A stretch of 64,000 nucleotides of DNA, taken from Yuukianura sp. NJ FZ-2021. Lineage: Eukaryota. The translations under genes were made by a program, and so were the position numbers. The notes under the pieces are model-generated. The model had not been told where the DNA came from. It did no database searches and saw only the letters and a program-made list of their open reading frames with translations. The stretch's first letter is position 1. The number at the start of each line of letters is the position of its first letter. Of the stretch, positions 40,194-51,200 are shown piece after piece. Location of the stretch: assembly GCA_046563655.1 (NCBI GenBank), contig CM102287.1, positions 10,540,001-10,604,000 on the forward strand. Reading direction: 5' to 3'.

Positions 40194-40706
40194 CTATGGT
40201 CCAGCGGGGGCATGAGGGGCAGAGGTTCTTATGATGTCAGAGTCACCAGGATCCGTGATGGAGAGGGTGCAGACTCGGAAGTAGTTTCCACAGGCAGTCC
40301 CTAGCTCAATGTTGTTTCCAGTGTAGTGGTGGACTCCAGTCTTGGCCAACATTGCGTAGTACTCAATCTCTCGCTTTCTAAAGACAGAAGAGAAACACGA
40401 CAGTCAAGTGCTGCGTCCCAAGATCCATCAGCAGCACACCATTTGTAAATTGGGAGAGAGGAGTGACTTACCTGAGTGGCGGAGTGTTGTTGGCGATGAT
40501 GATGAGTTTGACCTTGTCATGTCTCAGTCGCTTGATGGCCTGTTTGTAGCCTAGCACAACTTTTCCTGACTTCATCGCAAGGGCCAGTCGGGAGTTGATG
40601 CTCTCCGCACTCTTTTTCTAAAAAACAATCAAGACATGGTAGATGCACAACTGGAGGGAAGCAGCATGTGACATGGTCTCTTTACCTGTTTTTTTGAAGC
40701 AACCAT
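40194..40706 (-). CDS. RPL30: 60S ribosomal protein L30 (eL30): intact ORF but divergent; exons 40686-40706, 40472-40617, 40194-40377
   Basis: [33 protein letters not shown]...[57 protein letters not shown]. Confidence 0.9.
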
Positions 40707-41025
40707 TTTGAAGTTTCTGGATTTGATGAAAGAAAGGACTTCTTAAGGGACCTGGACAGCAATAGGATACGAATGAAACCATTTGAATGGTTCATGAGTC
40801 GGTAGTTACTCGTAAGAATGAATTAGTGCTTACCTAGTAAATCGTTGACCACGACCAGTAGACCAGTAACACCGAAACACGTTTCTTCCTTGTTACTCGC
40901 AAAGAACGAAATGCACAAATGATGGACAGAGACCGTATCCTCCTCCCCTTGTCCACTTCATCCCCAACTCCTGTTTTCAAATTCACAACTTAATTAACTT
41001 TATCCTACTTACAAATTCCACTCTA

Positions 41026-41877
41026 CTGTCCCTCACAAGCTATAAACGACCCTCTGGAAATGAGGAATTATGGCGGCTTGCCAAAAAATGAGGTACACAA
41101 AAATGAAATTCGCCGTTTTTCAATAAAGCGGATTCCCGCCACAAATTGTTCAAATTTTTTTTCTTTCAAAATTTTGAACTGTATTTTCAAAATTTTGAAC
41201 TTTTTTCAAAATTTTGAACTGTATTTTCAAAATTTTGAACTTTTTTCAAAATTTTGAACTTTTTTCAAAATTTTGAACTTTTTTCAAAATTTTGAACTTT
41301 TTTCAAAATTCTTAACTTTTTTTTAAAATTTTGAACTTTTTTCAAAATTTTGAACTTTTTTCAAAATTTTGAACTATTTTCAAAATTTTGAACTTTTTTC
41401 AAAATTTTGAACTATTTTCAAAATTTTGAACTATTTTCAAAATTTTGAACTTTTCGTCAAAAATTTGAACATTTTCCAAAATTTTGAACATTTCTCTAAA
41501 CTTGCGAACTTCAAAATTTTGAACTTTTTTCAAAACTTTTGGAAACTGTTCGAAATTTTGAAAAAGTTCAAAATTTTGAAAAAAGTTCAAAATTTTGAAA
41601 AAAGTTCAAAATTTTGAAAAAAGTTCACAATTTTGAAAAAAGTTCAAAATTTTGAAAAAAATTCAAAATTTTGAAAATACAGTTCAAAATTTTGAAAATA
41701 CAGTTCAAAATTTTGAAAATACAGTTCAAAATTTTGAAAGAAAAAAAATTTGAACAATTTGTGGCGGGAATCCGCTTTATTGAAAAACGGCGAATTTCAT
41801 TTTTGTGTACCTCATTTTTTGGCAAGCCGCCATAATTCCTCATTTCCAGAGGGTCGTTTATAGCTTGTGAGGGACAG
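41026..41877. mobile_element. Foldback-type non-autonomous DNA element: long TIRs (~140-bp outer domain plus arrays of the 20-bp ttcaaaattttgaacttttt subrepeat), TA at both flanks
   Basis: ctgtccctcacaagctataaacgaccctctggaaatgagg... at 41026 and its exact reverse complement ending at 41877; the 20-bp units switch orientation around 41500-41560. Confidence 0.9.
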
Positions 41878-41908
41878 TAAATCCGAATTTAATTTTGAAT
41901 AAACATAC

Positions 41909-42497
41909 CTGCACCGTAGATGTCCATTGAGGTAGTGAACACGACCAACTCGAACCATTTGGAAACCTACGCAAAGGAAATCATTTGTTATCATGCATGT
42001 TGTCTTTATGCATTAAAACTTACGACATCCAGGAAGTAGTCGACGTGTGGTCGTTTGTGGACAAAAAACCGAACTGGGTGCCGCTCAATCGTTACTTTGA
42101 GTATAAAGTCCGGAGGTGTCCCTGGCTTAACAGTTTGCCTAAACAAAGTAGAGATTGATGGAGATGCTAATTAAAAGTACGAGTTCCAGACAGTACCTTT
42201 GAACTCCATCGTGATGAGAATGGATGAGTGTTTCGTCCAGGTCCAGTACGAGTACTTTCCTCCGAACGACTGACAGCCTATGTTTAGATAAAGGTGACAA
42301 TGGGATCTCCTCATACTTGACTGCTTGATGTTGAATAATCTAAAACAGTGGAAATGGGGCAGTCAATTACACAATGTGCTTGGATTTGGTTGCCTTACCT
42401 TCCTTGCGTTCTTCTTCATGAAATAGGTGAGGCAGTTCCAAATTCTGTTGAGAAAAAGTAGGACATGTCTAATGGCCACTTCCGCATATTTCCACAT
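41909..42497 (-). pseudogene. CTDNEP1: CTD nuclear envelope phosphatase 1 (Dullard), 5' half only; exons 42399-42497, 42197-42339, 42024-42138, 41909-41966
   Basis: [31 protein letters not shown] (DxDxT), [50 protein letters not shown]; the next intron runs into the foldback element and no 3' exons follow. Confidence 0.85.
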
Positions 42498-42852
42498 CGC
42501 AACGTCAATCTCCAGAAGAAACGACGAAACGTGTGGAAGTCCAATCACACGTTGCTCCTCGGATTGTGGATCTGGACTGGAGAAAGAATAGTCCAAAGTA
42601 TGAGAATAATCGATGACCAAATGAGTGGATTCCAGTCAACTACTTTTACTTGACTTTAATTGTGTTGTTCCTTACCTTAACCTTTGAAAAATGCTTGATC
42701 CAGCTTCAGTTTGTAGTTGTGCTGGTTGTAGATAAACTAAAACTCAGTTAATCGGTTTAATTAATTAGTTAATCGTGAACTTTGCACTACTAAAGAAGGA
42801 AGAAATGAACAAAACAACTGAAATCTATAACTTTTAAAAGTAAAATCAGCTG

Positions 42853-42862
42853 GCGCATGCGC
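42853..42862. promoter_or_regulatory. NRF1/Ewg-type palindromic motif GCGCATGCGC upstream of the CTDNEP1 fragment
   Basis: Exact core consensus in otherwise AT-rich DNA ~350 bp upstream of the ATG. Confidence 0.4.
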
Positions 42863-43019
42863 GCACTCGCAATAACAAAATTGAAAATTTTGAGTAGAGG
42901 TCGGCGCCTCGCACTTCACAGCCACAAAAACAGCAAAGCACCATTAATTAAATTAATTACTTGATTACTCTTTAATTAAAGCATATAGAACTACGGGATT
43001 TGTTATCTGACATCAAACA

Positions 43020-45319
43020 TAATGTATTCTTTGTGATATAACGTATTCCGGAGTTTTAACATGCGTAATTAGCCTAATTTCTACTATTGTACCAAAACCA
43101 TGGTCGCAGCTACTTGCGATAACTACGATTGCTGATTACACCTTAAGTAATCGATTTAAAATCCTGAAATGTGTTATGTCAGCTTGTAATCGATTGGTTC
43201 TTTGCCGTATAACGTATTCCAGAGTTTTAAAATGCTTAATTAGCTTTAATTTTCACTTTTGTGCCAAACTCACGATCGCATGTACCTGCGATGTCTGCGA
43301 TTGCAGATTACTCGTAGAGTAATCGATTTAAAATCCTGAAATGTGTTAAATCGACTTGTAATTCATTAGTTCTTTCCCATATAACGTATTCCGGAGTTTT
43401 AAAGTGCTTAATTAGCTTCATTTTTCACTATTGAACCAAAATCTTGATCGCCAGTACTTGCGATTTCTACGATTGCTGATTACGCCTAAAGTAATCGATT
43501 TAAAATCCTGAAATGTGTTATATCAGCTTGTAATCGATTAGTTCTTTGCCAAATGACGTATTCCAGAATTTTAATTTGCATAATTAAGCTAATTAGCGCC
43601 TATTGTCCTCAAATTCAGTTTTTGCTTAATTATTCAGTAACTATGCAAATTAAAATTCTGGAATACGTTATCTCGACTTGTAATTGATTAGTTCTTTGCC
43701 GTATTACGTATTCCAGAATTTTAAGATGACGTTTAGCTCTATTGTCTTAACGCTATTGTGAAAAAAACGCTTTTTTCGTCGGAAAAACGTTTCGGAGATG
43801 GCCGAATTTGGTGTCAAAAGATCGGAAATTTAAAATAGTATCGATTTTGACACCAAAATCTCGCCTATCGGTGGATTTTGCAGTTTTTTTTTGCAAAAAA
43901 CATGATTTTTTTGCGAAAAAACACAACATAAATACAAGTTTTGATTCCTTTGCTTTCAGTGTTGGCATAGTAGCTTACAGGTTTAGAGCGGGCCTGTTTA
44001 GCACTATGGACGGTGGTTCGAGTCCACCCAGCGGTGTGGGTTTTTAGAGACGCCGTAGCTATGCACCAGGCTCTCCTACCCCCCGTGTTGTTTGTTTGGG
44101 GGGTAGGGGGGCCCAGGGAAGGTGGGGGATGGGGGGAAGGAGGCTAAAAAATGGAAAATTAATAATTAAATTAATTTTTTGTTCTAAGTTCAATTGTTTT
44201 CAAAGTACTTTTTCCCACGCTCAGTTTTTTCCCACGGTCATTTTTTCAAAGTTCAATTTTTTTCAAAGTTCATCTTAGTTTCCCACACTTAGTTTTTTTC
44301 CCACACTCGTTTTTTTCCCACAGTCATTTTTGTTAAAGTTCATTCTTTTTCACAGTTTATTCTAGTTTCGCACGCTCAGTTTTTTCCCACCGTCACGTTT
44401 TCTTAAGTTCATTTTTTTTTCAGAGTTCATTTTAGTTTCCCACGCTCAGTATTTTCCCACACTCGTTTTTCTTTCAAAGTTCATTTTGTTTTCCCACATT
44501 CATTTTTTTTCCAAAGTTCATTTTATTTTCACAACTTCATTTTTTTCCCACAGCCATTTTTTTTCGAAGTTCATTTTACTGTCTCATCTTCATTTTCTTC
44601 CGACGTTGATTTTTATTTCAAAGTTCAATTTATTTTCCCACCGTAATTTTCTCCCCACCATCATTTTTTCGAATGGCCATTTTTTTTTCAGAGTCCATTA
44701 TATTTTCCCATATTCATTTTTTTCCACATTCATTTTTTTCCAAAGTTCACTTTATTCTCCCACCTTCATTTTTTTCCGACGTTGATTTTTTTCAAAGTTC
44801 AATATATTTTCTCACCGTCTTCTTTCCCCACCTTCATCTTTTTCCCAGTCATTCTTTTTTCAAAGTTCATTTTATATCCCCACCTTCATCATTTTCACAC
44901 AATCATTTTTTCCCCACCGTCATTTTTTTTTCCAAAGTTCATTTTATTTTCACAACTTCATTTTTTTCCTACAGTCATTTTTTTGAAAGTTCAGTTTATT
45001 CTGACACCTTCATTTTTTTTTCAAAGTTCAATTTATTTTACCATATTAATCTTTTTTCCACAGTCCCTTTTTTTCAAAGTTCAGTTTATTCTCCCACCTT
45101 CGTTATTTTCTCACAGTCATTTTTTTCTCAATCTTCAAAGTACAATTTTTTCACAAGTTCACGTTTTTTTCAGAATGTCGATGCAGTATTATATTTTCAA
45201 GATTCTGCATTAGAAAGGCCATTGCCAGCAGTTTGCTGGTGTTTGACATTTCAGAAAATTTTGCATTACACCTTTCGTTGTGGGGGGTTTGAGATATGTC
45301 CAAAAGCTCTATAAAGGTT
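43020..45319 (+). repeat. Composite subtelomeric module, left copy (inverted homologue at 58845-60825)
   Basis: ~172-bp tandem units (ataacgtattcc at about 43038, 43209, 43381, 43553), internal inverted repeats, tRNA-like head, G-rich tract, T-rich degenerate repeats (44180-45170) and a unique tail ending CTCTATAAAGGTT. Confidence 0.9.
43964..44045 (+). other. tRNA-Ala(AGC)-derived Pol III promoter-like segment (SINE head or pseudo-tRNA)
   Basis: A-box-like TAGCTTACAGG..AGAGC, TTAGCA anticodon-loop remnant, perfect T-arm GGTGG-TTCGAGT-CCACC; no acceptor-stem pairing; TTTTT at 44041-44045. Confidence 0.6.
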
Positions 45320-48070
45320 AGAATTCGCTTTGAACGCTGAGAGGGTCGATATCTTGGTACCGGAAGGTTAGAATTCGCTTTGAACGCTGAGAGGGTCGAT
45401 ATCTTGGTACCGGAAGGTTAGAATTCGCTTTGAACGCTGAGAGGGTCGATATCTTGGTACCGGAAGGTTAGAATTCGCTTTGAACGCTGAGAGGGTCGAT
45501 ATCTTGGTACCGGAAGGTTAGAATTCGCTTTGAACGCTGAGAGGGTCGATATCTTGGTACCGGAAGGTTAGAATTCGCTTTGAACGCTGAGAGGGTCGAT
45601 ATCTTGGTACCGGAAGGTTAGAATTCGCTTTGAACGCTGAGAGGGTCGATATCTTGGTACCGGAAGGTTAGAATTCGCTTTGAACGCTGAGAGGGTCGAT
45701 ATCTTGGTACCGGAAGGTTAGAATTCGCTTTGAACGCTGAGAGGGTCGATATCTTGGTACCGGAAGGTTAGAATTCGCTTTGAACGCTGAGAGGGTCGAT
45801 ATCTTGGTACCGGAAGGTTAGAATTCGCTTTGAACGCTGAGAGGGTCGATATCTTGGTACCGGAAGGTTAGAATTCGCTTTGAACGCTGAGAGGGTCGAT
45901 ATCTTGGTACCGGAAGGTTAGAATTCGCTTTGAACGCTGAGAGGGTCGATATCTTGGTACCGGAAGGTTAGAATTCGCTTTGAACGCTGAGAGGGTCGAT
46001 ATCTTGGTACCGGAAGGTTAGAATTCGCTTTGAACGCTGAGAGGGTCGATATCTTGGTACCGGAAGGTTAGAATTCGCTTTGAACGCTGAGAGGGTCGAT
46101 ATCTTGGTACCGGAAGGTTAGAATTCGCTTTGAACGCTGAGAGGGTCGATATCTTGGTACCGGAAGGTTAGAATTCGCTTTGAACGCTGAGAGGGTCGAT
46201 ATCTTGGTACCGGAAGGTTAGAATTCGCTTTGAACGCTGAGAGGGTCGATATCTTGGTACCGGAAGGTTAGAATTCGCTTTGAACGCTGAGAGGGTCGAT
46301 ATCTTGGTACCGGAAGGTTAGAATTCGCTTTGAACGCTGAGAGGGTCGATATCTTGGTACCGGAAGGTTAGAATTCGCTTTGAACGCTGAGAGGGTCGAT
46401 ATCTTGGTACCGGAAGGTTAGAATTCGCTTTGAACGCTGAGAGGGTCGATATCTTGGTACCGGAAGGTTAGAATTCGCTTTGAACGCTGAGAGGGTCGAT
46501 ATCTTGGTACCGGAAGGTTAGAATTCGCTTTGAACGCTGAGAGGGTCGATATCTTGGTACCGGAAGGTTAGAATTCGCTTTGAACGCTGAGAGGGTCGAT
46601 ATCTTGGTACCGGAAGGTTAGAATTCGCTTTGAACGCTGAGAGGGTCGATATCTTGGTACCGGAAGGTTAGAATTCGCTTTGAACGCTGAGAGGGTCGAT
46701 ATCTTGGTACCGGAAGGTTAGAATTCGCTTTGAACGCTGAGAGGGTCGATATCTTGGTACCGGAAGGTTAGAATTCGCTTTGAACGCTGAGAGGGTCGAT
46801 ATCTTGGTACCGGAAGGTTAGAATTCGCTTTGAACGCTGAGAGGGTCGATATCTTGGTACCGGAAGGTTAGAATTCGCTTTGAACGCTGAGAGGGTCGAT
46901 ATCTTGGTACCGGAAGGTTAGAATTCGCTTTGAACGCTGAGAGGGTCGATATCTTGGTACCGGAAGGTTAGAATTCGCTTTGAACGCTGAGAGGGTCGAT
47001 ATCTTGGTACCGGAAGGTTAGAATTCGCTTTGAACGCTGAGAGGGTCGATATCTTGGTACCGGAAGGTTAGAATTCGCTTTGAACGCTGAGAGGGTCGAT
47101 ATCTTGGTACCGGAAGGTTAGAATTCGCTTTGAACGCTGAGAGGGTCGATATCTTGGTACCGGAAGGTTAGAATTCGCTTTGAACGCTGAGAGGGTCGAT
47201 ATCTTGGTACCGGAAGGTTAGAATTCGCTTTGAACGCTGAGAGGGTCGATATCTTGGTACCGGAAGGTTAGAATTCGCTTTGAACGCTGAGAGGGTCGAT
47301 ATCTTGGTACCGGAAGGTTAGAATTCGCTTTGAACGCTGAGAGGGTCGATATCTTGGTACCGGAAGGTTAGAATTCGCTTTGAACGCTGAGAGGGTCGAT
47401 ATCTTGGTACCGGAAGGTTAGAATTCGCTTTGAACGCTGAGAGGGTCGATATCTTGGTACCGGAAGGTTAGAATTCGCTTTGAACGCTGAGAGGGTCGAT
47501 ATCTTGGTACCGGAAGGTTAGAATTCGCTTTGAACGCTGAGAGGGTCGATATCTTGGTACCGGAAGGTTAGAATTCGCTTTGAACGCTGAGAGGGTCGAT
47601 ATCTTGGTACCGGAAGGTTAGAATTCGCTTTGAACGCTGAGAGGGTCGATATCTTGGTACCGGAAGGTTAGAATTCGCTTTGAACGCTGAGAGGGTCGAT
47701 ATCTTGGTACCGGAAGGTTAGAATTCGCTTTGAACGCTGAGAGGGTCGATATCTTGGTACCGGAAGGTTAGAATTCGCTTTGAACGCTGAGAGGGTCGAT
47801 ATCTTGGTACCGGAAGGTTAGAATTCGCTTTGAACGCTGAGAGGGTCGATATCTTGGTACCGGAAGGTTAGAATTCGCTTTGAACGCTGAGAGGGTCGAT
47901 ATCTTGGTACCGGAAGGTTAGAATTCGCTTTGAACGCTGAGAGGGTCGATATCTTGGTACCGGAAGGTTAGAATTCGCTTTGAACGCTGAGAGGGTCGAT
48001 ATCTTGGTACCGGAAGGTTAGAATTCGCTTTGAACGCTGAGAGGGTCGATATCTTGGTACCGGAAGGTTA
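45314..48070 (+). repeat. Homogeneous 50-bp tandem array (ggttagaattcgctttgaacgctgagagggtcgatatcttggtaccggaa), ~55 copies
   Basis: No variant unit seen; ends in AGGTTAAGGTCAGGTTA just before the gap. Confidence 0.98.
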
Positions 48071-48085
48071 AGGTCAGGTTATTTC

Positions 48086-48185
48086 NNNNNNNNNNNNNNN
48101 NNNNNNNNNNNNNNNNNNNNNNNNNNNNNNNNNNNNNNNNNNNNNNNNNNNNNNNNNNNNNNNNNNNNNNNNNNNNNNNNNNNNN
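48086..48185. other. Assembly gap (100 N)
   Basis: Run of exactly 100 n, a typical scaffolding placeholder. Confidence 0.99.
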
Positions 48186-48250
48186 CACCTAACCTAACCT
48201 AACCTAACCTAACCTAACCTAACCTAACCTAACCTAACCTAACCTAACCT
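48186..48250 (-). repeat. Arthropod telomeric repeat (TTAGG)n, ~13 units, at the contig start
   Basis: (CCTAA)n on the + strand directly after the gap, in the orientation expected for a left chromosome end. Confidence 0.93.
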
Positions 48251-51200
48251 TTCAAATTCAACAAAAACCCTCGAGATCGGCAGGTTAGGCTTCAAATTCA
48301 ACAAAAACCCTCGAGATCGGCAGGTTAGGCTTCAAATTCAACAAAAACCCTCGAGATCGGCAGGTTAGGCTTCAAATTCAACAAAAACCCTCGAGATCGG
48401 CAGGTTAGGCTTCAAATTCAACAAAAACCCTCGAGATCGGCAGGTTAGGCTTCAAATTCAACAAAAACCCTCGAGATCGGCAGGTTAGGCTTCAAATTCA
48501 ACAAAAACCCTCGAGATCGGCAGGTTAGGCTTCAAATTCAACAAAAACCCTCGAGATCGGCAGGTTAGGCTTCAAATTCAACAAAAACCCTCGAGATCGG
48601 CAGGTTAGGCTTCAAATTCAACAAAAACCCTCGAGATCGGCAGGTTAGGCTTCAAATTCAACAAAAACCCTCGAGATCGGCAGGTTAGGCTTCAAATTCA
48701 ACAAAAACCCTCGAGATCGGCAGGTTGGGCTTCAAATTCAACAAAAACCCTCGAGATCGGCAGGTTAGGCTTCAAATTCAACAAAAACCCTCGAGATCGG
48801 CAGGTTAGGCTTCAAATTCAACAAAAACCCTCGAGATCGGCAGGTTAGGCTTCAAATTCAACAAAAACCCTCGAGATCGGCAGGTTAGGCTTCAAATTCA
48901 ACAAAAACCCTCGAGATCGGCAGGTTAGGATTTCAAATTCAACAAAAACCCTCGAGATCGGCAGGTTAGGGCTTCAAATTCAACAAAAACCCTCGAGATC
49001 GGCAGGTTAGGATTCAAATTCAACAAAAACCCTCGAGATCGGCAGGTTGAGGCTTCAAATTCAACAAAAACCCTCGAGATCGGCAGGTTAGGGCTTCAAA
49101 TTCAACAAAAACCCTCGAGATCGGCAGGTTAGGCTTCAAATTCAACAAAAACCCTCGAGATCGGCAGGTTGGGCTTCAAATTCAACAAAAACCCTCGAGA
49201 TCGGCAGGTTGAGCTTCAAATTCAACAAAAACCCTCGAGATCGGCAGGTTAGGCTTCAAATTCAACAAAAACCCTCGAGATCGGCAGGTTGCTTCAAATT
49301 CAACAAAAACCCTCGAGATCGGCAGGTTAGGCTTCAAATTCAACAAAAACCCTCGAGATCGGCAGGTTAGGATTCAAATTCAACAAAAACCCTCGAGATC
49401 GGCAGGTTGAAGGCTTCAAATTCAACAAAAACCCTCGAGATCGGCAGGTTAGGCTTCAAATTCAACAAAAACCCTCGAGATCGGCAGGTTAGGCTTCAAA
49501 TTCAACAAAAACCCTCGAGATCGGCAGGTTAGGCTTCAAATTCAACAAAAACCCTCGAGGCTTCCAAATTCAACAAAAACCTCGAGATCCCGGCGGTTGA
49601 AAACTTCAAATTCAACAAAAACCCTCGAGATCGGCAGGTTAGGCTTCAAATTCCAACAAAGCCACTCGAGATCGGCAGGTTAGGCTTCAAATTCGACAAA
49701 AACCCTCGAGATCGGCAGGTTAGGCTTCAAATTCGACAAAAACCCTCGAGATCGGCAGGTTAGGCTTCCAAATTCAACAAAAACCCTCGAGATCGGCAGG
49801 TTAGGCTTCAAATTTAACAAAAACCCTCGAGATCGGCGAGGTTAAGCTTCAAATTCAACAAAAACCCTCGAGATCGGCAGGTTGGGCTTCAAATTCAACA
49901 AAAACCCTCGAGATCGGCGAGGTTAGGGCTTCAAATTCAACAAAAACCCTCGAGATCGGCAGGTTAGGCTTCAAATTCAACAAAAACCCTCGAGATCGGC
50001 AGGTTAGGCTTCAAATTCAACAAAAACCCTCGAGATCGGCAGGTTAGGCTTCAAATTCAACAAAAACCCTCGAGATCGGCAGGTTAGGCTTCAAATTCAA
50101 CAAAAACCCTCGAGATCGGCAGGTTAGGCTTCAAATTCAACAAAAACCCTCGAGATCGGCAGGTTGAGGCTTCAAATTCAACAAAACCCTCGAGATCGGC
50201 AGGTTAGGCTTCAAATTCAACAAAAACCCTCGAGATCGGCAGGTTGAGGCTTCAAATTCAACAAAAACCCTCGAGATCGGCAGGTTAGGCTTCAAATTCA
50301 ACAAAAACCCTCGAGATCGGCAGGTTGAAGCTTCAAATTCAACAAAAACCCTCGAGATCGGCAGGTTAGGCTTCAAATTCAACAAAAACCCTCGAGATCG
50401 GCAGGTTGAAACTTCAAATTCAACAAAAACCCTCGAGATCGGCGGTTAGGCTTCAAATTCAACAAAAACCCTCGAGATCGGCAGGTTAGGCTTCAAATTC
50501 AACAAAAACCCTCGAGATCGGCAGGTTAGGCTTCAAATTCAACAAAAACCCTCGAGATCGGCAGGTTAGGCTTCAAATTCAACAAAAACCCTCGAGATCG
50601 GCAGGTTAGGCTTCAAATTCAACAAAAACCCTCGAGATCGGCAGGTTAGGCTTCAAATTCAACAAAAACCCTCGAGATCGGCAGGTTAGGCTTCAAATTC
50701 AACAAAAACCCTCGAGATCGGCAGGTTAGGCTTCAAATTCAACAAAAACCCTCGAGATCGGCAGGTTAGGCTTCAAATTCAACAAAAACCCTCGAGATCG
50801 GCAGGTTAGGCTTCAAATTCAACAAAAACCCTCGAGATCGGCAGGTTAGGCTTCAAATTCAACAAAAACCCTCGAGATCGTGGCAGGTTGAAAGGCTTCA
50901 AATTCAACAAAAACCCTCGAGATCGGCAGGTTAGATTCAAATTTAACAAAAACCCTCGAGATCGGCAGGTTAGGCTTCAAATTTAACAAAAACCCTCGAG
51001 ATCGGCAGGTTGAAGGCTTCAAATTCAACAAAAACCCTCGAGATCGGCAGGTTAGGCTTCAAATTCAACAAAAACCCTCGAGATCGGCAGGTTAGGCTTC
51101 AAATTCAACAAAAACCCTCGAGATCGGCAGGTTAGGAAAACTTCAAATTCAACAAAAACCCTCGAGATCGGCAGGTTAGGCTTCAAATTCAACAAAAACC

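Noticed and set aside
41060..41843. Mirror ORFs MRNYGGLPKNEVHK... on both strands
   Set aside because: Consequence of the foldback TIRs; no transposase motifs
40686..41966. CTDNEP1-RPL30 fusion protein by splicing across the foldback element
   Set aside because: Joining the phase-1 CTDNEP1 donor to the acceptor upstream of the RPL30 ATG puts RPL30 out of frame
43964..44045. Functional tRNA-Ala gene
   Set aside because: The acceptor stem cannot pair and the anticodon arm is disrupted; kept only as a tRNA-derived segment
44486..45314. Phe/Ser-rich ORFs (99-213 aa) and their mirrors at 59045-59923
   Set aside because: They arise from T-rich degenerate repeats; frames are not conserved between the two copies
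45314..48070. Synthetic polylinker or vector contamination (EcoRI, EcoRV, KpnI sites in the unit)
   Set aside because: The unit joins genomic flank by microhomology at the same base as the other array and I recognise no vector backbone; a UniVec search would settle it
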